Sequence record: MH383160.1
DNA: 64,000 bases
Direction: 5' to 3' (one strand)
Positions 39,813 to 49,954 of this stretch are shown here, piece after piece. The notes beneath the pieces are model-generated. The model saw only the letters and a program-made list of their open reading frames with translations. It did no database searches and had not been told where the DNA came from. The position numbers and the translations under genes were made by a program. Each line of letters starts with the position of its first letter. Within the stretch, counting starts at the first letter, position 1.

Positions 39813-42602
39813 TTATAAATCACGGAAACGATTTGGTGTGTTTAAGCGGTACATTGAGTATAATCCCAATCCACGCATAATCTCACCTGCCCAGAAACCA
39901 AAAAACATACCATTATCAGTACCTTCTCTAACTGCTGGACTCCATGAACCATTCATTGGTGAACCTGGATTTACAATAACATAATTCTTTTGAAGTTCGA
40001 GAACTAAGTTATCAGCGAGTGTTGTTAGACCTTCTATTTTACATCCAGCCAATCCAGCAGCACAAGCCCCAGCTAACCACAACCCACACATATGACCTGT
40101 AAAGTCCCAATCTGGACCTTCAACTGTGCCATCTTTATTGAAGATTGTTGGTGAACGACCATCATTATCTTTTTGAAATTGAATTAAAAAGTGAATCCAA
40201 TTCTCACAAAATTCAACAAGATCTGCTGGTGGTTCAATTCCTCTCTCTGCGAGTTCTTGCCATGCTCTGGCAGCCCCAAAGAACGCACGTGGTTCATACC
40301 CACTCCATGCTTGATCACCCCAATGTAGCATAGTAAATGTATCTGGTTCACCATATTTTAAGTTATCCCAGCGGTTCCAAACATATGCTTGTGCACACGG
40401 ACCAACAGTACCGAATTGTTGAGTAAACCATGTTTGGGAATCTTTCATAAAGCTTAACATGTTTCCTAAGCGTGTGTTATCTACTGGCTGGTCTTTAAAA
40501 CAATATATCACAGGATATTGATAACCTGGATACGGTAAACCACGCCATCCTGAATACTGGTTCGCATACGGGTCAGTGATGTTAGAAAATGGTATTGTTC
40601 CTGGTGTGTAATGCAATGAGTTTAACAAATAATCTTTGATTACACAATCCCCTAACTGTGCAGTATATGGTGATTCACCTGCAATTGTTATTGAAAATGT
40701 CATAGTATAGTCATCACCGTCAGCATCCGTGTATAATTCTGGAATGTCATTAATACAATACCAATCAATTATTGCAGCAACACCATCTACTGGGGTTGTA
40801 TCAGGTAAAATAGTAATATCTTCTAGTTCACTATAAACTGGTGCATCTGGTCTTGGGTCAGAACTTGGATGATTTGGCTGATACCCAGATAAACGTAATG
40901 TATCGGGACTTAGTGTGATTGTAGTCCATTCCCCGTGTGTTGCAGGAATCATCCACCACCATCTCCAACCATTATCATCTACAATTCTTATATTGTAATC
41001 ATCTTCATATGAACGATAGGTAAAAGATTTAACTTCAGACTTATTTGTTGCTAATAACCAAAATCCAATAACAGCACCATCATCTTCACCACAAACTAAC
41101 TGATTAATGGTATCGCGGCGTGTAACTAATATATCAGTACTATATATCATTTCGGACGTAGCTGCACCATAAGGAACAACAATTCTACTATCAGCAATTA
41201 TATAAGGGGAACCATCTGCTTTCTTTTCTCTAACAAATGCACTTAAAGGTGTTAATGAATGTGTGATATTTTGGTCTTTACTTTCCGGTAAGCCACAACG
41301 ATAACGAACAACATCATGGTCATTTTTTGTTTTTGACAATTCCAGTACTGGTTTAAATGATAACGGCTTACCATCATCACATACACCACCATAGTCTACA
41401 AGTAATTTAGAATCAGCATTGACCCTGAACCAAATAGCTTGTTGTTCCATTGTACTTTGTGCACTTTGGTCTTGCCTGATAGTAATATATCCTAGAGAAT
41501 TTCTACCAAACTTAGCAATAGCATCACTTGGATAAAAATATTCATAGGAAATACCATCAGTGAATGGTGTGGTTACAATTGTACTTTGTCTGAAAAATTT
41601 ATCTCTGGAGTCAATATCACCATAAGCATAACACGTTAGTAGTGAACATTTCCAACCCAAATAATGTTTTCTTTCTTTTGTTATTTTATATAACAAATAA
41701 GAAGCATCACTAAACCACAATTCTGCATCTGATGCGTTATCCGCAAATTCCAAATCAATTGGAACATGAAGTGGGCGGTTGTGTTGCATTTCATTTCGTT
41801 GAATTATCACACCACCATATTCTACTGGTTGACGATTTGCAAAATTTAATTTATATACACCATTAATTGTTGTATTCTTTAATTGAACAGTTCCTTTTTC
41901 AGATTCGTCAAAACCTTCTGCTAAAATATTACCATCCCAGTCTATTTTTCTACCCATGAAATCGATAATCCAGTCAACATCATATTGTTCACCTGGTGTA
42001 TCCCAATCAACACTACCATCTGGTAATAATGCTTTTACTGACGCATTTATTTGGTTCCATGCTAAAGCACCTTTGAATGCAAATGTTACTTTATCCAAGA
42101 ACTGACCATAATAAGGTGCACCATGTGGTATTTTACATTGTCCATTTGTAAATGTAAATTCTACACCCTTGAAACCACCATGTGTAGGCCATCCATCATC
42201 AGCTAAAGGCCAGTTAGCCAATATAGGTTCTTTGGCATTAACTATCCAGTTACATTGTAGTGGTGTAGGTGGATCTGGTAATTCACGTCCAGCATAAAAG
42301 TACTGATGATATGCATCCCAGTACCATTTGGCTTTATCTAAAAACATTGGATCATTTGTTGCCAGATACGCATAAATGTATCCTAAAATTAATAGACTTT
42401 GACCTTCTGTTGTCCCGTCACCGTTTGGTTGACCTTCCATTGCAGAATAGTTAATAAAATGACGGTTGTTCGCCAAAACACCCTGATTATTCACCACATA
42501 ATGTTGTACTGTTGGGTCTATTGTATCACCAGTATTTCTTTCAATAAATTTGTGATGCCCATAAAGAAGTTGTACAATATTATCAATATTATTGTTTAAC
42601 AT
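39813..42602 (-). CDS. GH8-like glycoside hydrolase with large insertion, probably virion-associated
   Basis: TTEGQSLLILG and NASDAELW match the GH8 SEGQ and ASDxD motifs; downstream of a late promoter and a fibre-type gene. Confidence 0.6.
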   Translation of the reverse strand: MLNNNIDNIVQLLYGHHKFIERNTGDTIDPTVQHYVVNNQGVLANNRHFINYSAMEGQPNGDGTTEGQSLLILGYIYAYLATNDPMFLDKAKWYWDAYHQYFYAGRELPDPPTPLQCNWIVNAKEPILANWPLADDGWPTHGGFKGVEFTFTNGQCKIPHGAPYYGQFLDKVTFAFKGALAWNQINASVKALLPDGSVDWDTPGEQYDVDWIIDFMGRKIDWDGNILAEGFDESEKGTVQLKNTTINGVYKLNFANRQPVEYGGVIIQRNEMQHNRPLHVPIDLEFADNASDAELWFSDASYLLYKITKERKHYLGWKCSLLTCYAYGDIDSRDKFFRQSTIVTTPFTDGISYEYFYPSDAIAKFGRNSLGYITIRQDQSAQSTMEQQAIWFRVNADSKLLVDYGGVCDDGKPLSFKPVLELSKTKNDHDVVRYRCGLPESKDQNITHSLTPLSAFVREKKADGSPYIIADSRIVVPYGAATSEMIYSTDILVTRRDTINQLVCGEDDGAVIGFWLLATNKSEVKSFTYRSYEDDYNIRIVDDNGWRWWWMIPATHGEWTTITLSPDTLRLSGYQPNHPSSDPRPDAPVYSELEDITILPDTTPVDGVAAIIDWYCINDIPELYTDADGDDYTMTFSITIAGESPYTAQLGDCVIKDYLLNSLHYTPGTIPFSNITDPYANQYSGWRGLPYPGYQYPVIYCFKDQPVDNTRLGNMLSFMKDSQTWFTQQFGTVGPCAQAYVWNRWDNLKYGEPDTFTMLHWGDQAWSGYEPRAFFGAARAWQELAERGIEPPADLVEFCENWIHFLIQFQKDNDGRSPTIFNKDGTVEGPDWDFTGHMCGLWLAGACAAGLAGCKIEGLTTLADNLVLELQKNYVIVNPGSPMNGSWSPAVREGTDNGMFFGFWAGEIMRGLGLYSMYRLNTPNRFRDL

Positions 42603-42603
42603 A

Positions 42604-43231
42604 TCATACTCCTGCTCTAATTAATGCACCGTACCATGTAACTCCTTTATCATATGTTTCTAATGAAATAATATCTTTTTCACCAATTTCATAAGAAAGA
42701 ACAACTGGTCTGTTATATGACCATTTAACATTAGAACCCCAATTAACTAGGTTTGAACCTGTTTGTTGTGTTAATAGGATGGTAATTGAATAAACTTCAG
42801 TAGGAGCCGCACCAATCGAAATAGTAGTATTTCTATCAGATAAATTAATATTAAAAACAGCATTGCCCGACAGTGGATTAATTAAAATATTATTAGAACT
42901 TAATACATTATATAACTTATTACTTGCACTATCATATAATGTTACCCATTCTGTTTCATGATTCTCGTTAGTAGCTTTAGCTTTTATCTTAACATTATTT
43001 TCAGAATCAGTCATTCCAGTCCATCCAGATATAATAAAAGAACTGTTTTTATTAGTTCCGAATGATGCAATCACAGAATCACTAAGAGAACTATCTTCAC
43101 CATCAATAGATCCGAGTACTGACAATGTTAAAACCATCATTTTTAATGTCTACACCAGTTGCACCTGAAAAATTATTTTGAAATTTAATAACTCCGGTAG
43201 TGTGGATATCTGTGAAAATTTGTTGTGCCAT
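42604..43231 (-). pseudogene. tail-associated gene split by an apparent +1 frameshift (43231..43103 and 43140..42604)
   Basis: ATG 43231 has AAGGA SD and TAAATA at 43261-43266; ATG 43140 has no SD; frames overlap at 43106-43149. Confidence 0.5.
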
Positions 43232-43308
43232 ACTTAATCCTTGTGTTAATTTATATTGAGTATTTATTGAGTGTAATGGCATTTTTAGTACCATTACACT
43301 TGTATATG

Positions 43309-44541
43309 TTACTTATACCATTGCATTTCTCTAATATCAATGATAATTTTTGATGCTAACTTGATGTTTGGTTTTTTAGGAAGTACTGATTTCTTATATA
43401 GAACATCACGAATGTATTGTACTTTATCATCGAAATATTCTAATACTTCTTCATACTTCCATTTACCATTACGAATATCCATCAACATTTGTGCATCTGG
43501 TCGTTTAACTTGAATAATTCCACTTTGTAATGCTTCTTCTGCACTATTCAAAAGTCGGATTGTGTGCATAGCATGTTTACAATCGTATCCGTGTTGTGAT
43601 TCTAAAATAGCACGTTTGGCATTACGATTTTCTTTCCATTTATGATAACTTTTCCTATTCTCACTATTTTCCTGATATTCTTTTTCGTTAAATTTGACAA
43701 TTAGTTCTGGTTTGGTTTTCAACTCTTCAGTACTACGCTCTTTAGAAAAATAACGCAATGATCCATCACCGTTGATAGTGCTTTCATTCGGATTTTTAAT
43801 AATCGCAAAAATGTTTTCTCCGTAATGAATTAGTTCATAACCATTATTAAAATTCAATAAATTGAAATCACGATCAAGAATTTTTTCAGTAGTGTAGTTA
43901 TGCACTAATCTTACAAAATGATATTGCTTTAATGGATTTTTCGAAACTAACTGCAATGACGTATCACGCATATATTTTTCAAAATCAATCTTTTTAGCAT
44001 TAAATGGATGTAAGTTGGATGTATCTAAACGTTCAACAAGATACTGTGGGAATGAATCATACATCCACGCAAGAACCTCATCGACAGGGTGTTCTTCTAA
44101 AATCTCATTTAATCGTTTTTCAGCAATACGCTCTTTATCCATCCAACCGTGATGATTTGTCATACGCTTAATCTGATTATATGCATATCCAGTGTATGAA
44201 AATGCAATCTTGGAACTAAGAAGTTTTTGGTTAAATGAACGAAGATAGTCATAAATCTCAGTACTTTCTACAATGTGTTCTGGATCGACCCATAGTGATT
44301 CCAATATATTAGGGTTGGCTTCAGTGTATAATTTTAAATACTGATTTAACTCATAGAATTTAGTATCTTCTTCATTTTTATCAGCTACTTCTTTGACCTT
44401 ATAGAATGGCGTAAGAATAAATTCTTTATTAGCAAGAAAAATACCACGATAATCAGTATCACTTTCAGGTGTACTGGTTCCGTAGGCTTGTGACCCAGCC
44501 AAGTGTTTCACTATTGTTTGTTCAACATATTGGTTATTCAT
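43309..44541 (-). CDS. DNA polymerase beta-superfamily nucleotidyltransferase (RlaP/Nuc-transf-like)
   Basis: GSQAYGTSTPESDTDYRGIF; ANPNILESLW; YDCKHAMHTIRLL; DIRNGK. Confidence 0.85.
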   Translation of the reverse strand: MNNQYVEQTIVKHLAGSQAYGTSTPESDTDYRGIFLANKEFILTPFYKVKEVADKNEEDTKFYELNQYLKLYTEANPNILESLWVDPEHIVESTEIYDYLRSFNQKLLSSKIAFSYTGYAYNQIKRMTNHHGWMDKERIAEKRLNEILEEHPVDEVLAWMYDSFPQYLVERLDTSNLHPFNAKKIDFEKYMRDTSLQLVSKNPLKQYHFVRLVHNYTTEKILDRDFNLLNFNNGYELIHYGENIFAIIKNPNESTINGDGSLRYFSKERSTEELKTKPELIVKFNEKEYQENSENRKSYHKWKENRNAKRAILESQHGYDCKHAMHTIRLLNSAEEALQSGIIQVKRPDAQMLMDIRNGKWKYEEVLEYFDDKVQYIRDVLYKKSVLPKKPNIKLASKIIIDIREMQWYK

Positions 44542-44939
44542 AGATAAATTGTTAACTCCTTTAAGAAACCGTTATAATAACGATTAAAGTCATGTTCTAA
44601 TGTTTTATAATCATCAAAACTAAAACCTAAATTGATAATTGTATCTTCTTGAAAGAAAGTTTCTTCATTCATACATTCAATTGGTTCGTAATTAATTCCA
44701 CCTTTAAAAACTTTTGTAAAAAATATTCCATCATTATTAATTTCAACATACATAAAATTATTTTCTGGGTCACGAGGGCAGACGATATTCAGTGAACTAT
44801 TTCCACTCGTGTTGTACTCATAAGAAATTATATCAAAAGAATCAATACCATAACACTTAGATTTTTCTTTATCACCAAATACTTTTCTATCTGTACTCAT
44901 ATTGCGTATAGTGCTGTAGATATCATCAACTGTAGTCAT
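44538..44939 (-). CDS. hypothetical protein, paralog family A
   Basis: C-terminal NEETFFQEDTIINLGFSFDDY. Confidence 0.7.
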   Translation of the reverse strand: MTTVDDIYSTIRNMSTDRKVFGDKEKSKCYGIDSFDIISYEYNTSGNSSLNIVCPRDPENNFMYVEINNDGIFFTKVFKGGINYEPIECMNEETFFQEDTIINLGFSFDDYKTLEHDFNRYYNGFLKELTIYL

Positions 44940-44941
44940 CG

Positions 44942-45451
44942 TTAACCACCATACTTTGACTTGTATGTTTCAAGTGATAAAGAAATACGATTTTGCTTTT
45001 TAATTCTTTCATCAATATCCTTTGAATTCTTCACACTTCGGTATACGTCAGCTAGTAAATTATAATCTTCTTTATTTGAGCTATGCTGTGCCCAACCTAT
45101 CTCTGTTTTAATACGAACATTTGCTTTATTTGACGAGTAAAAGAAACTGAATCCATTGGACCCATCAAAAATATCAAAAGTATCTACCCAATCACCATAA
45201 GGAAAGCTCATTGGAACTGACTCATGGTCTATTGTGATATCCGATAAATTTTTTGAACAGTACTTCGCAAAGTGATAAACGATTGGATCACATTTTGATA
45301 ATTCGTATTTGTATTCAATGATAGTTTTTCTATTAGCATCATTGATAGCATATTCTTTTATCAATGGACTTTTTTTGATGATAAGAGTCCATAGAAACGA
45401 TTCTAATCCTGTTTCATCAACTTTTTGTTTCTTTTTGAAAAATGAAATCAT
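44942..45451 (-). CDS. hypothetical protein, tandem triplet C
   Basis: IIKKSPLIKE...DANRKTIIEYKYELSK. Confidence 0.75.
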   Translation of the reverse strand: MISFFKKKQKVDETGLESFLWTLIIKKSPLIKEYAINDANRKTIIEYKYELSKCDPIVYHFAKYCSKNLSDITIDHESVPMSFPYGDWVDTFDIFDGSNGFSFFYSSNKANVRIKTEIGWAQHSSNKEDYNLLADVYRSVKNSKDIDERIKKQNRISLSLETYKSKYGG

Positions 45452-45969
45452 TTATATAAACCCTTAATTTTCTGTCTATTATGTATATCATTTTGCTGGA
45501 TTTTCAATTTAGTAAGGTTGTTTCTTACACCTTCAACACCACGCATTATTTGTAACATAATTAGTGATTCGTCATATGTTAGGACATTGCTATTATTATC
45601 GATATATACTTTCACTCCACTTTCAAGATAATCATTTTCTTTGGAGTTAAAGTTTCTAATAACAAACTTAACGCCATTTGATGCATCACTGAAAACATAT
45701 CGTTCCGCACCGTAGAATGTTTTTCCACGAAATAAACCGCCGTCTTCCCACTTCCAACGACTAGATTCATAATCATTAACGTAATCAATGATTAAAGAAA
45801 GTAAAGGGTGTTTGCTCAATTTATATTTTGCATCTAACAGGATACGTCTATCATTATCTGTGGTGATAATATCCTTTAGTGAGTAGCTTTTAGATATAAT
45901 TTTAAAGATAATTTCATGCCAAATTAAAGTACTGTTTTGTTTTCCAACTGATCCAAAAAACATATCCAT
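45448..45969 (-). CDS. hypothetical protein, tandem triplet C
   Basis: IISKSYSLKD...DNDRRILLDAKYKLSK. Confidence 0.75.
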   Translation of the reverse strand: MDMFFGSVGKQNSTLIWHEIIFKIISKSYSLKDIITTDNDRRILLDAKYKLSKHPLLSLIIDYVNDYESSRWKWEDGGLFRGKTFYGAERYVFSDASNGVKFVIRNFNSKENDYLESGVKVYIDNNSNVLTYDESLIMLQIMRGVEGVRNNLTKLKIQQNDIHNRQKIKGLYK

Positions 45970-45975
45970 TCCTCA

Positions 45976-46542
45976 TTAGTATAAATCAGTAATGTCTTTG
46001 TATGCATTAATCTGTTTTTGTTGTAATGAAAGTTCATTGAGTTTAGTTACCATCTTATCTACACCAACACGTGTATAGAAAATAATTAATGAATCTAAAT
46101 TGCCTAGAGTAATTCTTGAACTGTAAGTTGAAAGTTTTCTTGCATAAACATAAATTTCTTCTTCACTTGGTAAACGTTTCTCAATCTGCAAGATTTCCTC
46201 ACCATTCGGCTCATAATCGATTTCAAATTCAACTCCCATCACTGTGTCTTGAATGCGATCTGTATATGAACCACCGTAAAAATACTCTCTTGGTTTGGCT
46301 CTCCAACGAGGACTAAATGGGTCAGATGCGTATTCTTTTACAAATTTGTAAAAGGACATTTTACTGAGCATATATTTCATCTCAATTAGTGCTTTACGGT
46401 CATCATCAGTTTTAAACTCTGCTTTGAGCGATGGACTTTTACACAGTAACTTAACTAAATTGTTGTACATCTTTAATGTACGTTGTTCTTTCATTTCTTT
46501 GATTTTGTGACGTTTTGGTGGTGGTAATAAAGTTTTGACCAT
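45976..46542 (-). CDS. hypothetical protein, tandem triplet C
   Basis: LLCKSPSLKA...DDDRKALIEMKYMLSK. Confidence 0.75.
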   Translation of the reverse strand: MVKTLLPPPKRHKIKEMKEQRTLKMYNNLVKLLCKSPSLKAEFKTDDDRKALIEMKYMLSKMSFYKFVKEYASDPFSPRWRAKPREYFYGGSYTDRIQDTVMGVEFEIDYEPNGEEILQIEKRLPSEEEIYVYARKLSTYSSRITLGNLDSLIIFYTRVGVDKMVTKLNELSLQQKQINAYKDITDLY

Positions 46543-46564
46543 AATTTCCTCCTATTTTTATTCA

Positions 46565-46593
46565 ATTATACACATAAAAGAAAAGCCCGTCAA
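46565..46593 (-). promoter_or_regulatory. sigma70-like promoter whose -35 lies in the upstream terminator stem
   Basis: TTGACG-N17-TATAAT with TG extension; hairpin AAAGCCCGTC-AATA-GACGAGCTTT overlaps it. Confidence 0.6.
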
Positions 46594-46609
46594 TAGACGA
46601 GCTTTAAAT

Positions 46610-49339
46610 TTATTTCCAACGTGTACCTGGACCTGATGGTACACCAGTACTGGCAGGTATCGCTGAACCACGTTTCGTTGTACTTGGACGATATGTCAAA
46701 AAACGAGTTACTTTTTCTGTATCAATTGAAGTTATTCCTGAAGTTCCAGTAACTATCTTACCAATGTAAGTGCTAGTTAAAGATTCATCAATTGTTTCAG
46801 TACTAATAACATATGACGCTTTCTTAGTATTCCTGTTCATTTGTATATACAAATAGAACGTAGTATTAGCTGGGTTACTTTTTACAGTACTTAAATCAAC
46901 ACTTTGTATAGGTAGTCTGTCGAAAATTCCACCTAAAAACACCGGAACTTCACGTGTAAAGTACACTGAGAATCCTTGTGCAACGTCTTGTGATACTACC
47001 ACAATCTTTTCTTTAACGCTACCATTTCCGCTAATTAAACCATCCATTTCAGCAGATGTTGTACCAAAAACGCTGAATACAGATTTGGTTTGATAGTCAG
47101 AATCTTGAAAATTGTAATATCCAAAACCAACACCAGGAATAACACCATGTTGATATGCTGCACCAAGTTGGATGTAACTAGATGATAAAAAACGATTTGA
47201 TGTTATGACACCATCTACTGTTTTAGCTATCATCATCTTAAATTGTGCATTACCTGGTTGTGAAAATTGATGAACAGCATCAACACCAATGTAACCAAAT
47301 CCTGAATATTTTGCAACTGTTAGACCAGTACAACGTTTCATATATGCTTCAGTAATAATTCCTGTAACAGAACTAAGTGTCTCATATCTAGTACTCACCA
47401 ATGTAGCTGAAGTTATGTTAGTTCCAGATAATACAACATCAACTTCGGCATAGATTGCATAACCTTGGTTATTGTTAAGATTATATGCTGAAACTACTGC
47501 GATGGATTTAGAAAAAGTATTATCAGGTACATAATATAATACAATTTGTCCAGATAGTGTACCAACAATGCCAGAGTTTCCTATATTAGCAAAAATATCT
47601 TGTTTTAATGATTCTAATACCGTTGGTTCTATTGTATATGTTTCATCAAATTCTAAAGTATCTGGATTTAATAATCCACCACTTGTTTTATATACACCTT
47701 CAATGAATGATGTTCCATAGCATCTAACACTACCATCGGTATCAACAAGAGAAATCATAGCAGTGTATGTAAAATCATCGCCTATTTGTTTACGATTAGA
47801 TTGTGGTGCAAAACCATTTAATGTAGTATTATTTTGAACTGAGTTATATTGATATGTTGGTTGTGAACCTATTTCAGAAAAAACAGTATTATTATAATTA
47901 TATGTTACATCATCATACGTACCAGAACATGCTAATAATATTTTTCTATTATCGATGAAACGTACACCTAAAAGGTTTGCACCAACAGCACTACCAAAAA
48001 CTGGTAAAACGTTTGCATTTATAACGTTACTTGCGGTTCTAGTACTGGCAACCCATGAATCAAACGGTGTACCACTAACCTTATATCGTTGTAGACCATA
48101 AAATTCAGTTGAACTCCATCTAAATTTAGATGCAAATACCAAACCATCTTTAGTTTGACATAAACCACCTGCGTTTCCTAATACACCAGCAGCAGTTGTC
48201 CCTGTGAAGTTGACCATATTAATTTCAAATGGGTTAGAAACTTGAAATCCATTATTATATGAAACAGTTGCAGGTGCACGAGCACTACCATCTAGTGACA
48301 TAGATTTTGAGTTTATATTATAAACAAAACTTATTCCAGTACCATAAACTGTTGAAATATACAAAGGTGTAACCATTCGATGTGTTGGATATAAAGTTAC
48401 ACGTATTTTTGATAAATCAGGACTAACGTTGGCTTGAATGTTAAAGTCTGTATAGTCTGAAAATTCTACACGTGATACTGGTGATGTAACTTCGAATAAT
48501 GAATCCGAGCTAGTACCAACACTATATAATTTATCGAACACTCTTATGTTATTAGATGCAGAATAACTTGTGTTTCGAACAGTTTGACCTGATAACCCAG
48601 TAACTTTTGTTAATGATGCCATTGAGCTTGCTTTCACATCACTTAGCTCTACTGTATAAATTGAAAGTGCTAATCCTAAATTAGAAACACTTTTATCTTT
48701 ACACCAAATATAAACCTTTGTCCCAACAATATGTGTATATATTGGCATATCATTACCAAAAGAAGTACTTGGCACTTTAGCATGAATATGTGATATTTCG
48801 TTAAATGTGCCATTGGTTATAGTAAAAATATAATTATCTTCAGTACTTAAACATCCAAGCATCTCATAACCATTAGAGCCAATAAAATACTTAATATTTT
48901 CAGTACTACTCATAATTGAAGGTTTATACATTGAATTGGTTGAAATAACACTTTCTTGTGAAATCATAGTTATATTTCGGAGTTCTCGTATAAATGAATA
49001 ATAAAAACCTTTAGTACTACCATTGGTTCCGCTACGCAGAACAACGGCGGTTCCATCATCTTCAATAATTGTTGGCTGAACTACTTGGTCACTTGACATA
49101 GGTGTAGCACCTTCATACGACCCACTTACGTTTAATGGTAAGTAATCCATTTCTCCTACACGTGATATAGGCAACATATCTAAAATACTTTGAACTTCTG
49201 AACGCTTATATATTGGATATTGAACAATTCCAGTATTGGCATTCGGTGAGGTTCCATTAAAAGTACGCATAGCGTACCTTTGTCCAATTGCCAAGTTCCC
49301 AAGGATCTCGGCACTTCCTATAATTCGTTTTGATGACAT
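46610..49339 (-). CDS. large tail/baseplate-associated structural protein, paralog D
   Basis: Start moved to ATG 49339; shares LRSGTNGS and SQDVAQGF...NPANTTFY with 49955..52651. Confidence 0.7.
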   Translation of the reverse strand: MSSKRIIGSAEILGNLAIGQRYAMRTFNGTSPNANTGIVQYPIYKRSEVQSILDMLPISRVGEMDYLPLNVSGSYEGATPMSSDQVVQPTIIEDDGTAVVLRSGTNGSTKGFYYSFIRELRNITMISQESVISTNSMYKPSIMSSTENIKYFIGSNGYEMLGCLSTEDNYIFTITNGTFNEISHIHAKVPSTSFGNDMPIYTHIVGTKVYIWCKDKSVSNLGLALSIYTVELSDVKASSMASLTKVTGLSGQTVRNTSYSASNNIRVFDKLYSVGTSSDSLFEVTSPVSRVEFSDYTDFNIQANVSPDLSKIRVTLYPTHRMVTPLYISTVYGTGISFVYNINSKSMSLDGSARAPATVSYNNGFQVSNPFEINMVNFTGTTAAGVLGNAGGLCQTKDGLVFASKFRWSSTEFYGLQRYKVSGTPFDSWVASTRTASNVINANVLPVFGSAVGANLLGVRFIDNRKILLACSGTYDDVTYNYNNTVFSEIGSQPTYQYNSVQNNTTLNGFAPQSNRKQIGDDFTYTAMISLVDTDGSVRCYGTSFIEGVYKTSGGLLNPDTLEFDETYTIEPTVLESLKQDIFANIGNSGIVGTLSGQIVLYYVPDNTFSKSIAVVSAYNLNNNQGYAIYAEVDVVLSGTNITSATLVSTRYETLSSVTGIITEAYMKRCTGLTVAKYSGFGYIGVDAVHQFSQPGNAQFKMMIAKTVDGVITSNRFLSSSYIQLGAAYQHGVIPGVGFGYYNFQDSDYQTKSVFSVFGTTSAEMDGLISGNGSVKEKIVVVSQDVAQGFSVYFTREVPVFLGGIFDRLPIQSVDLSTVKSNPANTTFYLYIQMNRNTKKASYVISTETIDESLTSTYIGKIVTGTSGITSIDTEKVTRFLTYRPSTTKRGSAIPASTGVPSGPGTRWK

Positions 49340-49355
49340 CTTTCTTTTCCTTAAT

Positions 49356-49943
49356 TTACCAACCAATTGTACCAGTTTCTGATGGTTTTCCAGTACTGAC
49401 TGGGAATGAAGAACCTTTTTGTGTAACACTAGGTCTATATGTACTAAATCTGGATACTTTATTAATGTTTATATTTGTAATACCACTTGTACCAACGGTC
49501 AGAGTACCAATAAACATTATAATTTCAGATTCTTGTATTTGTGTTGGTGATATTTTATAAATTGGTTCACCGAGAACTAACGTTGCATATACGTATTGTG
49601 TTTGTGTTCCAGATGAAACAGTTGAAGCAAAAATAGAAACTGCTGGAAATTTATAAAGATAACCACCAATAAATGATGGTATCTGTCTATTAAATGTAAG
49701 ACTATAGCCTGATGAAGTAATATTTAGACTAGCGTCATCATACAATTCTCCGTATTGTGTAAGTGGTAATCCATTGACAATAAAGTTAACTTCATCTTTG
49801 GTAATAGAGGGGAATGTACATTCCCCATTTGAATTTGTTGGGTAATAAGTCATATTATTACCTAATACACCAAGACCAGTACTTTTACCCTGAACTGTAA
49901 CTTGTTGCATTGCCTTAAGGTCTGCTCTTATTTTATATGCCAT
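49356..49943 (-). CDS. short structural protein, truncated-type paralog D
   Basis: LPLTQYG motif joined directly to the C-terminal module (YRPSVTQKGSSFPVSTG). Confidence 0.65.
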   Translation of the reverse strand: MAYKIRADLKAMQQVTVQGKSTGLGVLGNNMTYYPTNSNGECTFPSITKDEVNFIVNGLPLTQYGELYDDASLNITSSGYSLTFNRQIPSFIGGYLYKFPAVSIFASTVSSGTQTQYVYATLVLGEPIYKISPTQIQESEIIMFIGTLTVGTSGITNININKVSRFSTYRPSVTQKGSSFPVSTGKPSETGTIGW

Positions 49944-49954
49944 TATGTAATCCT

